Program-made: the position numbers and the translations under genes | Source of the DNA: Callorhinchus milii | Taxonomy: Eukaryota | DNA length: 64,000 nucleotides | Assembly (NCBI RefSeq): GCF_018977255.1 | Contig: NW_024704750.1 | Span: forward strand, 9,300,001-9,364,000 | Direction: 5' to 3' | Shown here: in pieces, positions 38,140 to 50,285 of the stretch | How positions within the stretch are numbered: position 1 is the stretch's first letter | Layout of the letters: each line of letters opens with the position of its first letter | The notes under the pieces: generated by a model | The model's input: only the letters and a program-made list of their open reading frames with translations | Database searches by the model: none | What the model was told of the DNA's origin: nothing

Positions 38140-38513
38140 AATTGGAATCAAATCCAAGACAACAGGTAGTTGGAAACATCAGGAATGTTTAAAGAAAAGA
38201 AATCAGGAATGCAAAAGAATTACAATTTAGTCTATATTATTTATGCACTTTTAAGTTTAATTTTGAACAATTGACAGTGCATGGAACCTTCCACAACAAA
38301 CCCTTCTCGTCGAATCCCATAAATTAAATAGGAAAAATATACTTTTTCAAGACCCAACTATTGAAGATGTTCAGGAAATTGTGTTGCTTCGAAGGCTGGT
38401 TATTTGTCATTTTGGTGCAAGATAAAGGAGCTCTAGGGTTTTTTTATACAAAAATTATAAAAAGTTGTCAAAAAATCATCCACATGCTTGTGTTCAGGCT
38501 TTTGTTTTCAGCA

Positions 38514-41500
38514 TCAAACCACTTTAGTCAGGCAAACATCACCTACGATTTTTAAGGAGGTTAGTTTTTGAAGTTGCTTTATACGATGTGTAAAATCAAA
38601 TACCTGCTGCCCGTCAACCTGCACACGGAATTGCTGGTGTTCACACAGGATTTCCATCTGAAAGCAACATTTCAGTTGTTACAAATTGAACATCTATCAC
38701 AGAATTCAGTCAGACTCCAGCTCTAGTTGGAGCAACAATAAATGCGTTCGCTGAACAAAGTTAAGGAGCAAATTAATTTACTAGCGGTCTTTGTTTTTAC
38801 ACAGATTCATTACTGGGAATAATCAGTTGCGAAAGTGTCTGATGTAAATCAAAAACTCGTCTCACTCCAATGGCTGCACATTCACCCACAAAATACACAC
38901 AGCTACGCCACAGTATATTCTGTGAAGCGCTTTGAGCTTCTAGAAGACGTGAAAAGCGCTATATCAAATGCAAAGTTTATTATTATTATTATAAAGCGCT
39001 GTATCAAACACAAAGATTATTATTTCACCAATTGATCATGCTCCGTTTGAACTGATGAAAAGTTCCATTCACCTTAAAGTCCTGTGAAGGTGTAAATGGA
39101 AAATAAGGTAAAATTCTTTCTTCTTTTCCCCATTCGCCAGAAACCTTGGCATTTCGTATAACTGAGCGATCCTGAAAGCTAACGGTCAAGTGAAGGCCAA
39201 TGTCGGTGTCTGGGTCCGAAGAGTTATTGATGAGACTTACAACAAAACTGTGGGATAACAGCAGATTACAGTGTTAGAATTAAGTGTTTATTGAAGAAAA
39301 ATAACATTTGAAATCTACGGTCAGGGCAAAAAGTTTCACCTTTTCTTTCTCTATAAAGTGGTAACTTGCACTAGGACAGAGAGCCAAGATCAACATCCCT
39401 CAGATTGATACCTCCCCCATCCCAATTCTTCACATGGAGGTTTGGCTGTGAGCTCTGGCAGACTATTGTACAGAATCCGTAAGTCTGACCCTGAGTGGTA
39501 CCAACACCCAATATTGGCTTAAAACACTTCAAGGTAAGGTACATTTTAACCAGATGTATCGTGAAGCATTTGCCAGGCTCTGCAAACACTGGGCTTTAAT
39601 CTTAACATCAGAAGAGTACTTCTTCTGAATGACTGAATTTTTTCCAGTTTTTCTCCAAGTTGATGAACCATGGACTTGTCACAATGGTGCACTAAAGAAT
39701 ATAGACAGTGGGTACATTTTTCCTACCATATACAGCTAAACTGTGAAAATGCCAAGCAGTACTAAATGATTTTCTTTCAAACGGCAGTTGTCTTTCGGGT
39801 GAGGAAGGATTGGTTGCTGAATGTATTGAGAGCTGAGGAGGGGGAAGGGTGCAATGTTGGAATTCAGTGGGAGATGTGAAGTGTGATGAAGCACTAAATA
39901 CAAGTTGGGGATTGAGGAAGCAAAACTAAAAAAATGACAATTTGATCTGATCACATTCAGCTGTTTGTTTCTTCTGTTTTAGAACTGTCTTGATCTTGAA
40001 CTAATTTGCTAAAATTCACTCTTCCCTCAGAGAAGCGAACGGAACCAAACAGTTTTTTTTGCCAATTTCCTCTCCTTTCCTGAAGATGCTGAAAGGTTTT
40101 TTTGAATATAGTTCCACAATCCCCACTAACTCTTAAATACCTTGTCCCAGGTGAGGTCTGGTAGCCTAGTTGACTATGGGAAAGGGACATGAAGCTTAAT
40201 GCCTAACACACCAACACCAACAATCAGATCACAGGAGAAAGATCGAGAACTTTTTCTTTCCCCTCCTTGCTAACTTTTTTTTAAGATTTATTATCAATAT
40301 TGCAGGATTTGTTTGACAAAAATACAACACTCCAAATTTCTGCATTTCAATCATTGGTGCACTGATCATATATTTCATAGTTAGCATGAACCTGCTGATA
40401 TACTGTACAAGAAAAACAGATAAACAAGAGATTTGGTAATGATCCCTACACAGACAACAGTTTAGTGGATGAATTCAGTGCCAAGTGTGATAATAATCAA
40501 CGTAGACCAAAATAGCCCCAGCTTTAATGTCTGGTATGTACTCAGTGTAGCTGATCTCATCAAGGCCACAGTGGTACCACAACAATTGGCCTCAGTACTC
40601 ATGGCCTAGGGAATTTGAATGGGATGGGGAAATCAGTCAGGTTTCCTGTTTCCTATCTCTGCCCAGTGATCTTCTGATGCTGGAGATATTGGAGAGTCAC
40701 TGGTGCCTGTAAAATTGTACTCTACTTTGTGTGAATACCTTCAGGACAGTGAAACGGGAGAAAAGTAAAGCAAAATGGAAGATATGATCTGACTTAGTTT
40801 CTCTTGAAGATGGAATAAAAGATAGTGGAAGGTTGGAGGCCTTGGACCACACTTCCTTTAAAGCATTGGGTTTGTCTGTTCAGATGGGAAATGGTGGAGA
40901 TGGAAAATAGGAGGAAACATAATTGAAAAAAATGAAGAGAAGGGAAAAAAGGATTCTATTATATCTTTTTATAGTTAAGATGTAATAGAATCTTTTTATA
41001 TCTTGATACAGTTCAAGATCCTGGTCCTCACTTTCAAAGGACTACATGGCTTGCTCCCCCCTGCCTCTGCAACCTCCTAACTCCCTACCAACCTGCCCGC
41101 TCCCTCCATTCAGCAGGCTCTGGCATGCTTCACATCCCCTGCCTCACCTGCCCCACCACTGATGCATGGGCCTTCAGCCACTCTGCCCCCACCCTTTGGA
41201 ACTCCATCCTGCAGTCCCTCTGACTCACCTCTCCCTTGCCTCCTTTAAGACCCATCTCAAGACCCTCCTCTTTGACCAGCCTTCGGTCACCCTCCTTCCC
41301 CTCCCACCCTGCCCTCTACCCTCCCTCTTATCCCAACCCTTAGCTTGGGTCCGAAACAGCGCCTTGGGACGTCCTCCCAATGTGAAAGGCGCTATGCAAA
41401 TGTAATTTTGTTTTTGTTGTTTATACCACAGTAAAACAAAGTTGGATTATTAAACCTTGGAAATACAAGAGTGTTTTTCTTTTTGCCGTAAACTATCTTT

Positions 41501-44462
41501 TTCCCTCAGGGAGAATAGAAATTAAACTATGCACAGTATGTATTCCAGAAAGCAGTAAATGCTAACTCTTCCTGTACCAGGAAATCCAGCTTCACATTAT
41601 GAACTCTCTCTCCTGCTTAAGTAATAATTTTCATAAAAGAATAACAGATACAGAATTGTCATCTGCCTGGCCTTCTCCTTTCCCTTCCCCCACATCGAGA
41701 TGTTCCATTCTCAACCTTGTCAGCTGAATAATGTGCTTTTGAACCTGGCAAACCTTGAACCAATCTTTCAATTCTGTTTACTCATTGAGATGTCCACTGA
41801 TATCCTCCACCTGCATCAAAGTGATCAATGAGCCAACAAGCTGATCTGTGACATTATTGACTTATTTAACAAAAGATTCGAGTGTCCCCTTCCCATTACA
41901 CATGTCATCCCTCCAGAATGGGGCAATGCAGGGGCGAGGAAGCTGTGGTCAAATGTATCTCCAGGTTCCCTACAATGGCAGGCATCTAGTTCCAAATAAC
42001 CTAATATTTACTTCTTTGTCTTGCTTTTATCTCACTGGTGTTCTATCAAACTAAGGGCTTGTAATCCCAGACGTCTGTGGGTTTGTGAGTATTGTGTGAA
42101 GTTATGGGACAGATGCCTTTTCAAACGCTGCAATGGAGCAATGTTTGGTGCTTCCAAAAGTCGAGGATAATGTGTCCCAGCAAAAATGCCTGTTAAGCAA
42201 AACCATTGAACGTCACAGTTCAGTTTACTTATGGTTTGCCGAATTGCAGCTGAACCGACCTTGCAGTAAAGGGCACAAGTGTTGTTCTACTCAGGATTTT
42301 CCACTGTTTTGTTCCCCTTTCCATCTCGTATTAGCACATTTCCCTTGTGAATGCCCTCCATCAATGTTGACTGCTTGTAGCGCTCTGCAAGATCGACTCA
42401 GTGACTGGTCTCTCTCTCTCTCTCGTGTTTTTTTTATATATTGTTGCTTGTTTTCCTACCTTGCTTGCTCGCCTTTTCATTTGCAAGGGCTCTGGCAACC
42501 TTCCAAAACCTTCCCATTGCTTTTACCCAAATCAGCATTCCTTGGGTGGGGCAACATCATTTACTGAGGTATCTATGCCCACTGCACCATATTGTCAATT
42601 CATCAGTTTCCCCACTCCTCTCCCCACCACTTTACACACAGGTTGAATTCAGCTCTTAAACGTTAGGGGCGATTGCTGATTTTCATCCCAAACTGATGTT
42701 CTTCTGTTCCCTTCTGAAACATTCGGATCTAATTTGTGATCCAATGGCCAGAAACCGAAAGCATTTTCTCTGTTTACATTGCATACATGTTCACCTGTTT
42801 TGCTGTATCCAATCTCATCGATGTCCCAGTTGCCCTGTGAACATTCTTACCCAGTTACTCCCAGCTCATGGTGACCTGTGGTATTCCATGTGACTGGATT
42901 TGGCTCAAACGCAACTCTCCTTGAAAGTGATGTTTTGCAAGTCAAAGATCAAACAGCCCATTTAAGGGACCATCCAAAACTCGTTTTCACAAGAGAAATT
43001 AGCAATAAACTGGGGCAGGACTCAAAAGCCTTATTCGCACTCATATACTCCGAAAAATATTTGCACACACGTGCATCAGTAATTTATTTTTTTAAATGCT
43101 TTCTTTTTTTACAGTATAATGTTTGGAAGCCCGTGTACTCTTATGGACTGTGGCTGGTTCCCTAACTCCAGTACTTGCTGTGTGCTGTCGGCACTCTGTC
43201 CTGAGCACGTTTGAGTTGTGTTTAATCTTGACATTTTTTTTTAACGAGTTAATCATTTGATGCCCGAGTGGCCCTTTGCCCATCAAGATCTGTCGGCGTG
43301 CGGACCTTACAAGGCAGATCTAACACAGGACTGTCGTTATCACTCTTCTTAAACAGAAAATAACCCACCAGGTGTGTGCCAGACAGACAGACAGACAGAC
43401 ACACACACACCCAGTAAAGGTGACACGCACAGGTGTGTGTGTGTGTGTGTGAGCAGAATCGCCCTTCAACTTCGAGAAACTTATCCCAACTCTACCTTTT
43501 AGGCTGCGAATGAACGATCCCAATAATAGTAATCCTCATCGATGGTTTCAGCCCATTTCGGATCTCGCCGACAAAGGGCCGAACCTGTGTGAACAATTAA
43601 GACGTGACAGTCCATGTGAAGGCAGAAAAAGGCAACACGTTCAGATCGCATTTCCTCCTCCTCCTCCTCCTCCTCCACTCCACCCCCGACTCAATCACTC
43701 GGATTATTATTTGATAAGAGTTGCAAAACCGAGGTCTGTTTGGTTTTAAAGTTTTTGCACAAACACAAACACACACACACACATATATATATAATATATA
43801 TATGCAATGTATAACACAGCGACACTGGTCAAATAACTCCCACCGGGATTTTAAAAGGAACTTGCAACGTGTCACTCGTCTCAGTCGCGAAAAGCGTGGA
43901 AAATTGGGGAAATAATTTGAGATCGCCCATCAAACGAGTTTGCAAAATGAAGGAGGTGTGTGTGGGTGAAGGGGGAATAGTAATATTAATACGTAGATAC
44001 TACCCCTTACCCAAATTATGTTCTGTATTGGAAAAGTTACTTTGATGTTTAAATGAACCCGCTGGTCAGCTGGACTGCTTTGAAGTTGGAATGAGATCCG
44101 ACACGTGTTAAAGCAATGAGGATAATATAATACAAGTGGGTTTCAGTCACAATAATTTAGTAACCAGGGCTGCAAAAATCTTCAACCTCCGATTGACAAT
44201 CTCATGCATAACACCAACGGGGTATCTCTGCATTTCAAGGATTGCTTACCAGAGTTTTAAAACAACCCCCCCACACCCCCCAAAAAAAAACAGCGCAGCA
44301 ACATTTTACTTGATAGGATGATATTTATTTAAACAGTTCGGAAATAATCGAGGCCAAAAAATAAAATAAACCTGTAAACTTGTTTACAATGGATCATACG
44401 GGAAAATATCGAAAGGGTGAGTTCAGACTTACAGCTGCTGCTGACTTGTCGTTGTTGGCCAT
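38514..44462 (-). CDS. Galectin-related protein (LGALSL/GRP-like), single galectin domain, about 145-156 aa
   Basis: Exons 44433 (or 44400)-44462, 43496-43584, 39073-39247 and 38514-38657 have canonical splice sites and compatible phases (0, 2, 0). Translation: MANNDKSAAA[VSLNSPFRYFP]VRPFVGEIRNGLKPSMRITIIGIVHSQPKSFVVSLINNSSDPDTDIGLHLTVSFQDRSVIRNAKVSGEWGKEERILPYFPFTPSQDFKMEILCEHQQFRVQVDGQQVFDFTHRIKQLQKLTSLKIVGDVCLTKVV*. PYFPF, EILCEH and FDFxHRI are LGALSL-like. The first exon is less certain than the other three. Confidence 0.9.
38870..39025 (+). mobile_element. SINE 3' fragment with a partly duplicated tail
   Basis: TTCTGTGAAGCGCTTTGAG...AAAAGCGCTATATCAAATGCAAAG(TTA)n followed by a second AAAGCGCTGTATCAAA...ATTATT. 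Confidence 0.7.
41005..41421 (+). mobile_element. L2-clade LINE 3' end
   Basis: GATACAGTTCAAGATCCTGGTCCTCACTTTCAAAG (IQFKILVLTFK-type L2 ORF2 end), FKTHLKTLLF, and tail GGGACGTCCTCCCAATGTGAAAGGCGCTATGCAAATG(TTG)n. Confidence 0.88.
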
Positions 44463-44604
44463 TCTCTCGCTTTCTTTCTGTTGGTTTCTTTCTGCTTTCG
44501 CTGCTGATGGTCGGAGTGGGGGTGGAAGTGTGAAGGGTCGATAGTTGCTGTCCATGAAAGAGCGAGTCGGTGCTGGAGGCGGACTGGCTACTGCATCCAT
44601 CCAC

Positions 44605-44822
44605 CAGGGCAGGGCAAGGCAAGGCAATTCAAGGCAGGGCAATGCAAGACAATGCAATGCAGGGCAGGGCAAGGCAATGCAAGGCAGGGCAATGCAAGGC
44701 AATGCAATGCAGGGCAATGCAAGGCAGGGCAAGGCAATGCAATGTAAGGCAGGGCAATGCAATGCAAGGCAATGCAATGCAGGGCAATGCAAGGCAGGGC
44801 AAGGCAATGCAATTGCAAGGCA
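44605..44822. repeat. Compound pentanucleotide array (GCAAT/GCAAG/GCAGG)n, about 43 units
   Basis: Near-continuous GCANN units; source of the spurious LPCIA/AMQGR ORFs. Confidence 0.95.
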
Positions 44823-46399
44823 GTAACACTTTCCATAGCAACCACGTTTGGGTGGGAATTCCGAGAGCCTCCGCCTTCACTGTTTCCAGTGAGAGCTCCA
44901 GTCTGCAACCTGTGCCCAGAACAGATAAAGCAATCGCCCCGCAGCACGTTGCCGCAAACGGTCGAGATGACTCCCAACTTTATGGGAGGCGAAAAAAAAC
45001 ACACACACACACACACACACACAGACGATGCATTTTCGGCCAGGCTTGTCCGTGGTCACCATTCAAACCCCCCCCCCCCAAAAAAAAACCAACTCGCGAT
45101 AGTGTTTTGAGTTTGCAGCCAGGATTTTCCCGATGGCTTTCATTCACTTCTTAATGGATACCTTAACAACGCAGGAAGAAAACCAATGTGTGAAGAAGGA
45201 GCAGGACTTATCCCCTGGGTCTTTTCACCAGATGGGGAGACTTGTTGGAATGATTAAACTCCATAGACTTGTTTGCATAAGCTCCGATGTGCTGCCTGGG
45301 TTTTCTTCAAATGCATTTTTAATAATAATAAATAATAATTTTTGTTCAGAAATATTTGTTAAACTGATATTTCAATAATCAATGCGTGTGCCAAATGCTG
45401 CAACGTCTTAAAGTTAAGTTTGCTCGACTGCTCCCCCACCCCACACACACAATCAATATTATATACACTGCCCTGTGAAGTTATTGAAACCAGTGACCAA
45501 CATTTTAAGGATCCACGTATATAATGTATCTTTGAGAAACACTCAATAACTATCTTTACTGTAGCTAATGGCCCAATTTTACATTGCTGGGAAGGGAATT
45601 TATAGTTCAAAAGTGCACGGAAATGTTTGTCAGAATAGCCCAGTAATCGTAATACCCAATTTAGAGATTGTTTAGCGTTTGCTTTGCTCTGTTGAGTCAT
45701 AGTTATTTACAGTGCAGGATGATTTCACCAGCAGATATTCAGACATGCAGGCAAAACATATGATGGGTAAATATGCAGCTTGTGGTGACAAGCAGTGACT
45801 GAACCATATAGACTGGGAATGAATGTCTGAATTTTGTTGGGCTAACTGATTTAGTTGATTTATAGCATCAGTAACCTGAAAATAATAGTTTTTTGGTGCA
45901 GCAAACGCACTTGTTACCCTTGCCGAATCATTGGTTCCTTCCCATTCTCTCTCTGAGCAATATGATTAAGACAGAAGCTTGTCACTCAAGAGTCAGTGCC
46001 AGAAACAATGTCAAAAGAGGTGAGAGGAACATAACATGGAAACCAAGGCACTGAAAAAAAACACTGAACAAGAAATGTGGTCAAGCACAGAATCCAAACC
46101 AAGAGAGCTTATGTATAAAGATAATGAAAATATTAAACAAGGAAAGAACGCATTTACCTTGCTATTGCACCTTATGTTAAATTATCTCAATTTGTTTTAT
46201 AATAATTACTGTCAAATGTTATTTATTAAATAAGTTATTAAATAAATTGAATGCAATTCATTAGCCCCAGCGATAATAGAAGAACTGGTCTACATCAAGG
46301 ATCAAATATCTCCTAGAATTGAGGCTGGATCCTGAAGACCAGTCTTCAAGTCCCGGAAGCAATTTAATTCAGGATGTCTTAAATGAAGCATTTGAAGGA

Positions 46400-47020
46400 A
46401 AGGGGATAATGCAAAGGTCAACTGTGAATAACGATATGAAATCCTGAGAAAATGTGTACAAAGTAGACCAATGAAGACCAGGTCTATTCTTTAAAGGATA
46501 ATTTGGATAGAAATATCATGGGATGAGGAAGTGGCAGATGTGTGAAATTAATTATACACATAAATTCCTAGTTAAACTCTTTGGAATCTAACAATTGTAT
46601 ATATCAGTGAGACATCCACATGAAGAAACTGAAAGCATTACATGTCGTTGGGTAACTGGACCAGATGGTTACATATGAGAATTTGCAAGGAAATAGATGA
46701 GGCTCTGGTTAATATTTTCAGCTTGTCCATGAAAACTGGGTCTGTGGATAGCTCATGTAATCCCTGCATTTAAGCAAACAAGGAGATGAACGTAAATTAG
46801 GGAATTTACAACCGGTTAATGTAATTTATGCTGGGGGAACTGCTGAGGAGCTAGCTGGCAGGGTTCAGCTGGAGAATGCAGGAGGTAAGGGAAAGTCAAC
46901 AAGGTTTTAGGAGCAAAAGGTCATGCCTCACAAAATTACAGGAATGTCTGAGAAGGTAAGTGAGTCGCGATGAAAGATATATTGTGATGTACTTGGATTT
47001 TTTGAAAGCATTTGAATTTC
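46400..47020 (+). mobile_element. Old degenerate CR1 ORF2 (RT region) remnant
   Basis: Broken frames give SQQGFRSKRSCLTKL and VMYLDFLKAF, resembling CR1 RT motifs QHGF...SCLTNL and YLDFxKAFD. Confidence 0.7.
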
Positions 47021-47224
47021 ACATCTGAGGTGCTTTATTTGAATGCAGTGACCTTGGCTGGTTTGGGGATGTTGGGTGAGGACAGGATCAGCTCAGCTTG
47101 GTTCCCTCCACAAGCAAATTGCCTGAGCTCATGTAAAGATCCACTAAGTTGGTGAGGTAATGGAGGGCTTACGGTCTCTGTGGTTTTATATCTTACCTTC
47201 AGTTAGTACCTACAGAGTCCTGTA

Positions 47225-47612
47225 TGGAGCCCTGTAGCTCAGTGATTAGAGCACTCATCTTGCAAGTGAGAGACCTGGGTTTGATTCCCAGCGGGGCAAA
47301 ATGTTAGTCAAGTTTCCTTATTCCACAAGCCTCTATTCATCTAGCAGCAAGTAGGAACCCGTTTGTTAATCGATTGGCGGATCGCTTTTCCGGGGGTAAT
47401 AATTGCTTCAAAAATATATATATAATAATAATAATAAATCGGTCACTCAATCCACGACTGTTTGTGGGATACTGCAGTGCACAATTGGCTGCCGTGTTTG
47501 GCCATAAAATGTACAGTCACCACATTTGATAGTATATTCCATAAAGTGCTTTGAGACAGCTCGAAGACATGATAAGGCACTATATCAAATGCAAGGATTA
47601 TTATTATTATTA
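47225..47612 (+). mobile_element. Full-length tRNA-derived SINE (long form)
   Basis: Head GGAGCCCTGTAGCTCAGTGATTAGAGCAC...GGTTTGATTCC, internal CTAGCAGCAAGTAGGAACCCG block shared with 36166-36721, and (ATT)n tail. Confidence 0.88.
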
Positions 47613-47761
47613 CTACAGAAGATGAGGAATAGACAAAATTGGTAGAAAGAAAACAGCCACAATCATTCAGAATTCTGGACTGTGACTTAGAATGGGGCTT
47701 CGATGGAACTATTTGTTACAAAGAGATGATGATTAACAGAGTCAAATAGAAATACTTGCTT

Positions 47762-48205
47762 AACAAAATTACATTCGTTGAACGCCTTTCATGTCAGGAG
47801 GACATCTCAAGGCACTGGACAATCAGTGTTTCGGACCCGAGCTGAGGGTCAGGATCAGGGAGGGTGGAGGGCAGGGGCGGAAGGAGGGAAACAAAGGAAC
47901 AGTCGAAGAGGAGGGTCTTGAGATGTGTCTTGAAGGAGGAAAAAGAAAGGTGAGGCAGAGGGACTACAGGATGGAGTTCCAGAGGGTGGTGGCAGAGTGG
48001 CTGAAGGCCCATGCACCAATGATGGGGCGGGCAAGTCAGGGGACGTGAAGCAGGCTGGAGCCTGCTGAGCAGAGGGAGCGGGCAGGTTGGTAGGAAGTCA
48101 GGAGATCACAGAGGTAGGGGGAGCAAGGCCATGGCGGGCTTTGAAGGTGAGTACCAGGATCTTGAACTGTATCTTCTATGTGATGGGAAGCCAGTGGAGC
48201 TGGGC
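47762..48205 (-). mobile_element. L2-clade LINE 3' end
   Basis: Reverse-complement homolog of 41005-41421 (both translate to MGLQPLCxHPLELHP...FKTHLKTLLFD). Confidence 0.88.
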
Positions 48206-50285
48206 TTAACATGACTTAACAATTAAGTCATGAGCAATTCCTTGTGTTAAAAGGGTTGCTTTACGGGTGGGGCGGGGGCAGGCATTGGAAAATCAGGCTT
48301 CTTTTGCACCTCTAAGTAGCTGACTACAGAGCAGAATAAATGGAGGTCTGGTCTATCTTCTCAGTGGGTATACATATTGGGACTGGGTTCATTAGGACAG
48401 GGTAGAGAGGGCCAGTATTAAGGTTTCACTGCATGTGTTGCTGGCTGGCTCTAGATGCTTTCAGAATCCAGAAACCAACGACAGAAATGAATCCAATGCT
48501 CTGAGTCATTCTTACTTTCAGTCAAGATAGAAATAATAATTTAGGATAAACATTCATGTTTCCCACACTATGTTACACTATGAAATGTTCCTAGTCTGAC
48601 CAGTTCACTTCCAATTTTGGAATGTGGATGCAATTATACTCTCTGGCATGAAATCAAATGTGTTTAGCTGAACAAATCTCATGACTAAAAATAGTTTTTA
48701 GCTCTTGCCAGTTAGGCTTTTCCCAAAGAGCAATTGAGGGAACCAAACTGATCTACATAATCTCAGATGTAACTCTTTCAGTTGTACCTGTATTCAATAA
48801 ACTGCAAACTGCAGAATTGCTTTATAGACAGTAGGTGCCCTTGCTTACTGGGATTCAACTAAACTACATTATCTTAGAACAAACTCCTAGAAAAAAAATA
48901 TTGTTCAACATACTTTATGATGGATGTGCAAATAAAGGCAGGACATATTTACAAAACTATAATGGAAACCAAGATTTTAATATTTTTCAATATTTCCTCA
49001 ATAATCTAAATCACGCAAATGTGGAATCCTTCCAATAATTGAATCAATGGTGGTTGAGCAGGAGGTTGAGATTCCCACAGATTTTGTGAAAAACATGATG
49101 CCTTTAAAATGGTCACAAATATATTAATTGCATTGCTCACAAAATAGGTGTGATCCATGCAAAATTCACACAGTAGTGCCCTAGTCAGGGCATCACTGCA
49201 AAAAAAAACTTCTAAGGTGTCGCTGTGTGCTCTAGGAAGGCCAATCTCTGTACTCCCAAGTTTTCCATATACGCTACAAGGTTCGCTTCACAGCATCTGT
49301 TTTATTGTGTTTCTATTGACTATTACAACCACTTTTGAGGCTAGTTACAAATTGCAACATTATTTTAGTCACATTCTTCCCCAAAGTAGAGATATAAAAT
49401 CTGCATTGTTGGCCTGTAGATTGCAAAAAAGTGATGGAATTAAAGAGGACTATATTTAAAATTCAAAGATTATTATATTTTTGTCCTAGACATGACTGCT
49501 TCAGAGGCGAAAGAGAAAACGACTTCTCATGAGTCGTACTCAAGGTCTCTGGAAGCAGTAGCGTAGCCTTCTTTAGTTTGATGCGGTACCACTCAAGTCA
49601 AAGTTGCTCATGGCTGAGTTATAAAGACATAAGTACCCTGAATATTTCAGTTTCAGAAAAAATGAGTGGAGTGCTGCAGGAAACATTTTTTTTCTGATTA
49701 AACTTTTTAAATCTTTGAGATTCAGTAAACATTTTTGTTTTAATAATGATTTAAGGAAAATGTAGTTCCTAAGCCTTGCAGTCATTTTTTAATTATTGCA
49801 ATAATCTTGAGTATTTAGGGGATGTATTAGTCAAGCTGATTGAATTAAGATGTTCTGAATGGTTTGGTTTGGCAGTGATTGTGGAGAAAATTTCTGAGTT
49901 CACTTCAAAAGAATGACAAATCTAGGCTTCCTGGTAATATCAAAAAGTAAATAAAACAACAAATGCCAAGTTTGTTATTGATTTCAAAGATCAAAGTCTC
50001 GAAAACATGACCACATTGACACGCAGTTGAAAAATGACTGCTTATTTGGCTTTTGAACAAGAATTTATACAGTGAAGGCTATTATTAGTCAATTTTATAT
50101 TTGGTGGTTTGATTAAAACTCAATGTAGGCCGGTGTTGAAGCTGCTTACTAATTTGTCTCTGTAAATGTTCTCACCTTTCGACTTGTTTTGATTTTTGTT
50201 CCACAGACACAGCTGCTTGTGATACGTTGTCCAAGTGTGACCCTTGGCAGTAAGCTGACACTTTATTTGATTGTGCAGAGTATCG

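Noticed and set aside
44545-45154. Long ORFs with AMQGR or LPCIA repeats on both strands
   Set aside because: They are translations of the pentamer array, which lacks stop codons in most frames. The ORF continuous with the galectin exon starts at TTG, not ATG.
49480-49640. Possible RAD51B exon on the minus strand (KLKK...LSPL)
   Set aside because: Only short coincidental words, with wrong spacing and no matching start codon or splice structure
50171-50280. Strong minus-strand donor AAG|GTGAGA suggesting a divergent transcript from the ZFYVE26 island
   Set aside because: No recognisable protein or partner exon; cannot be supported without RNA data
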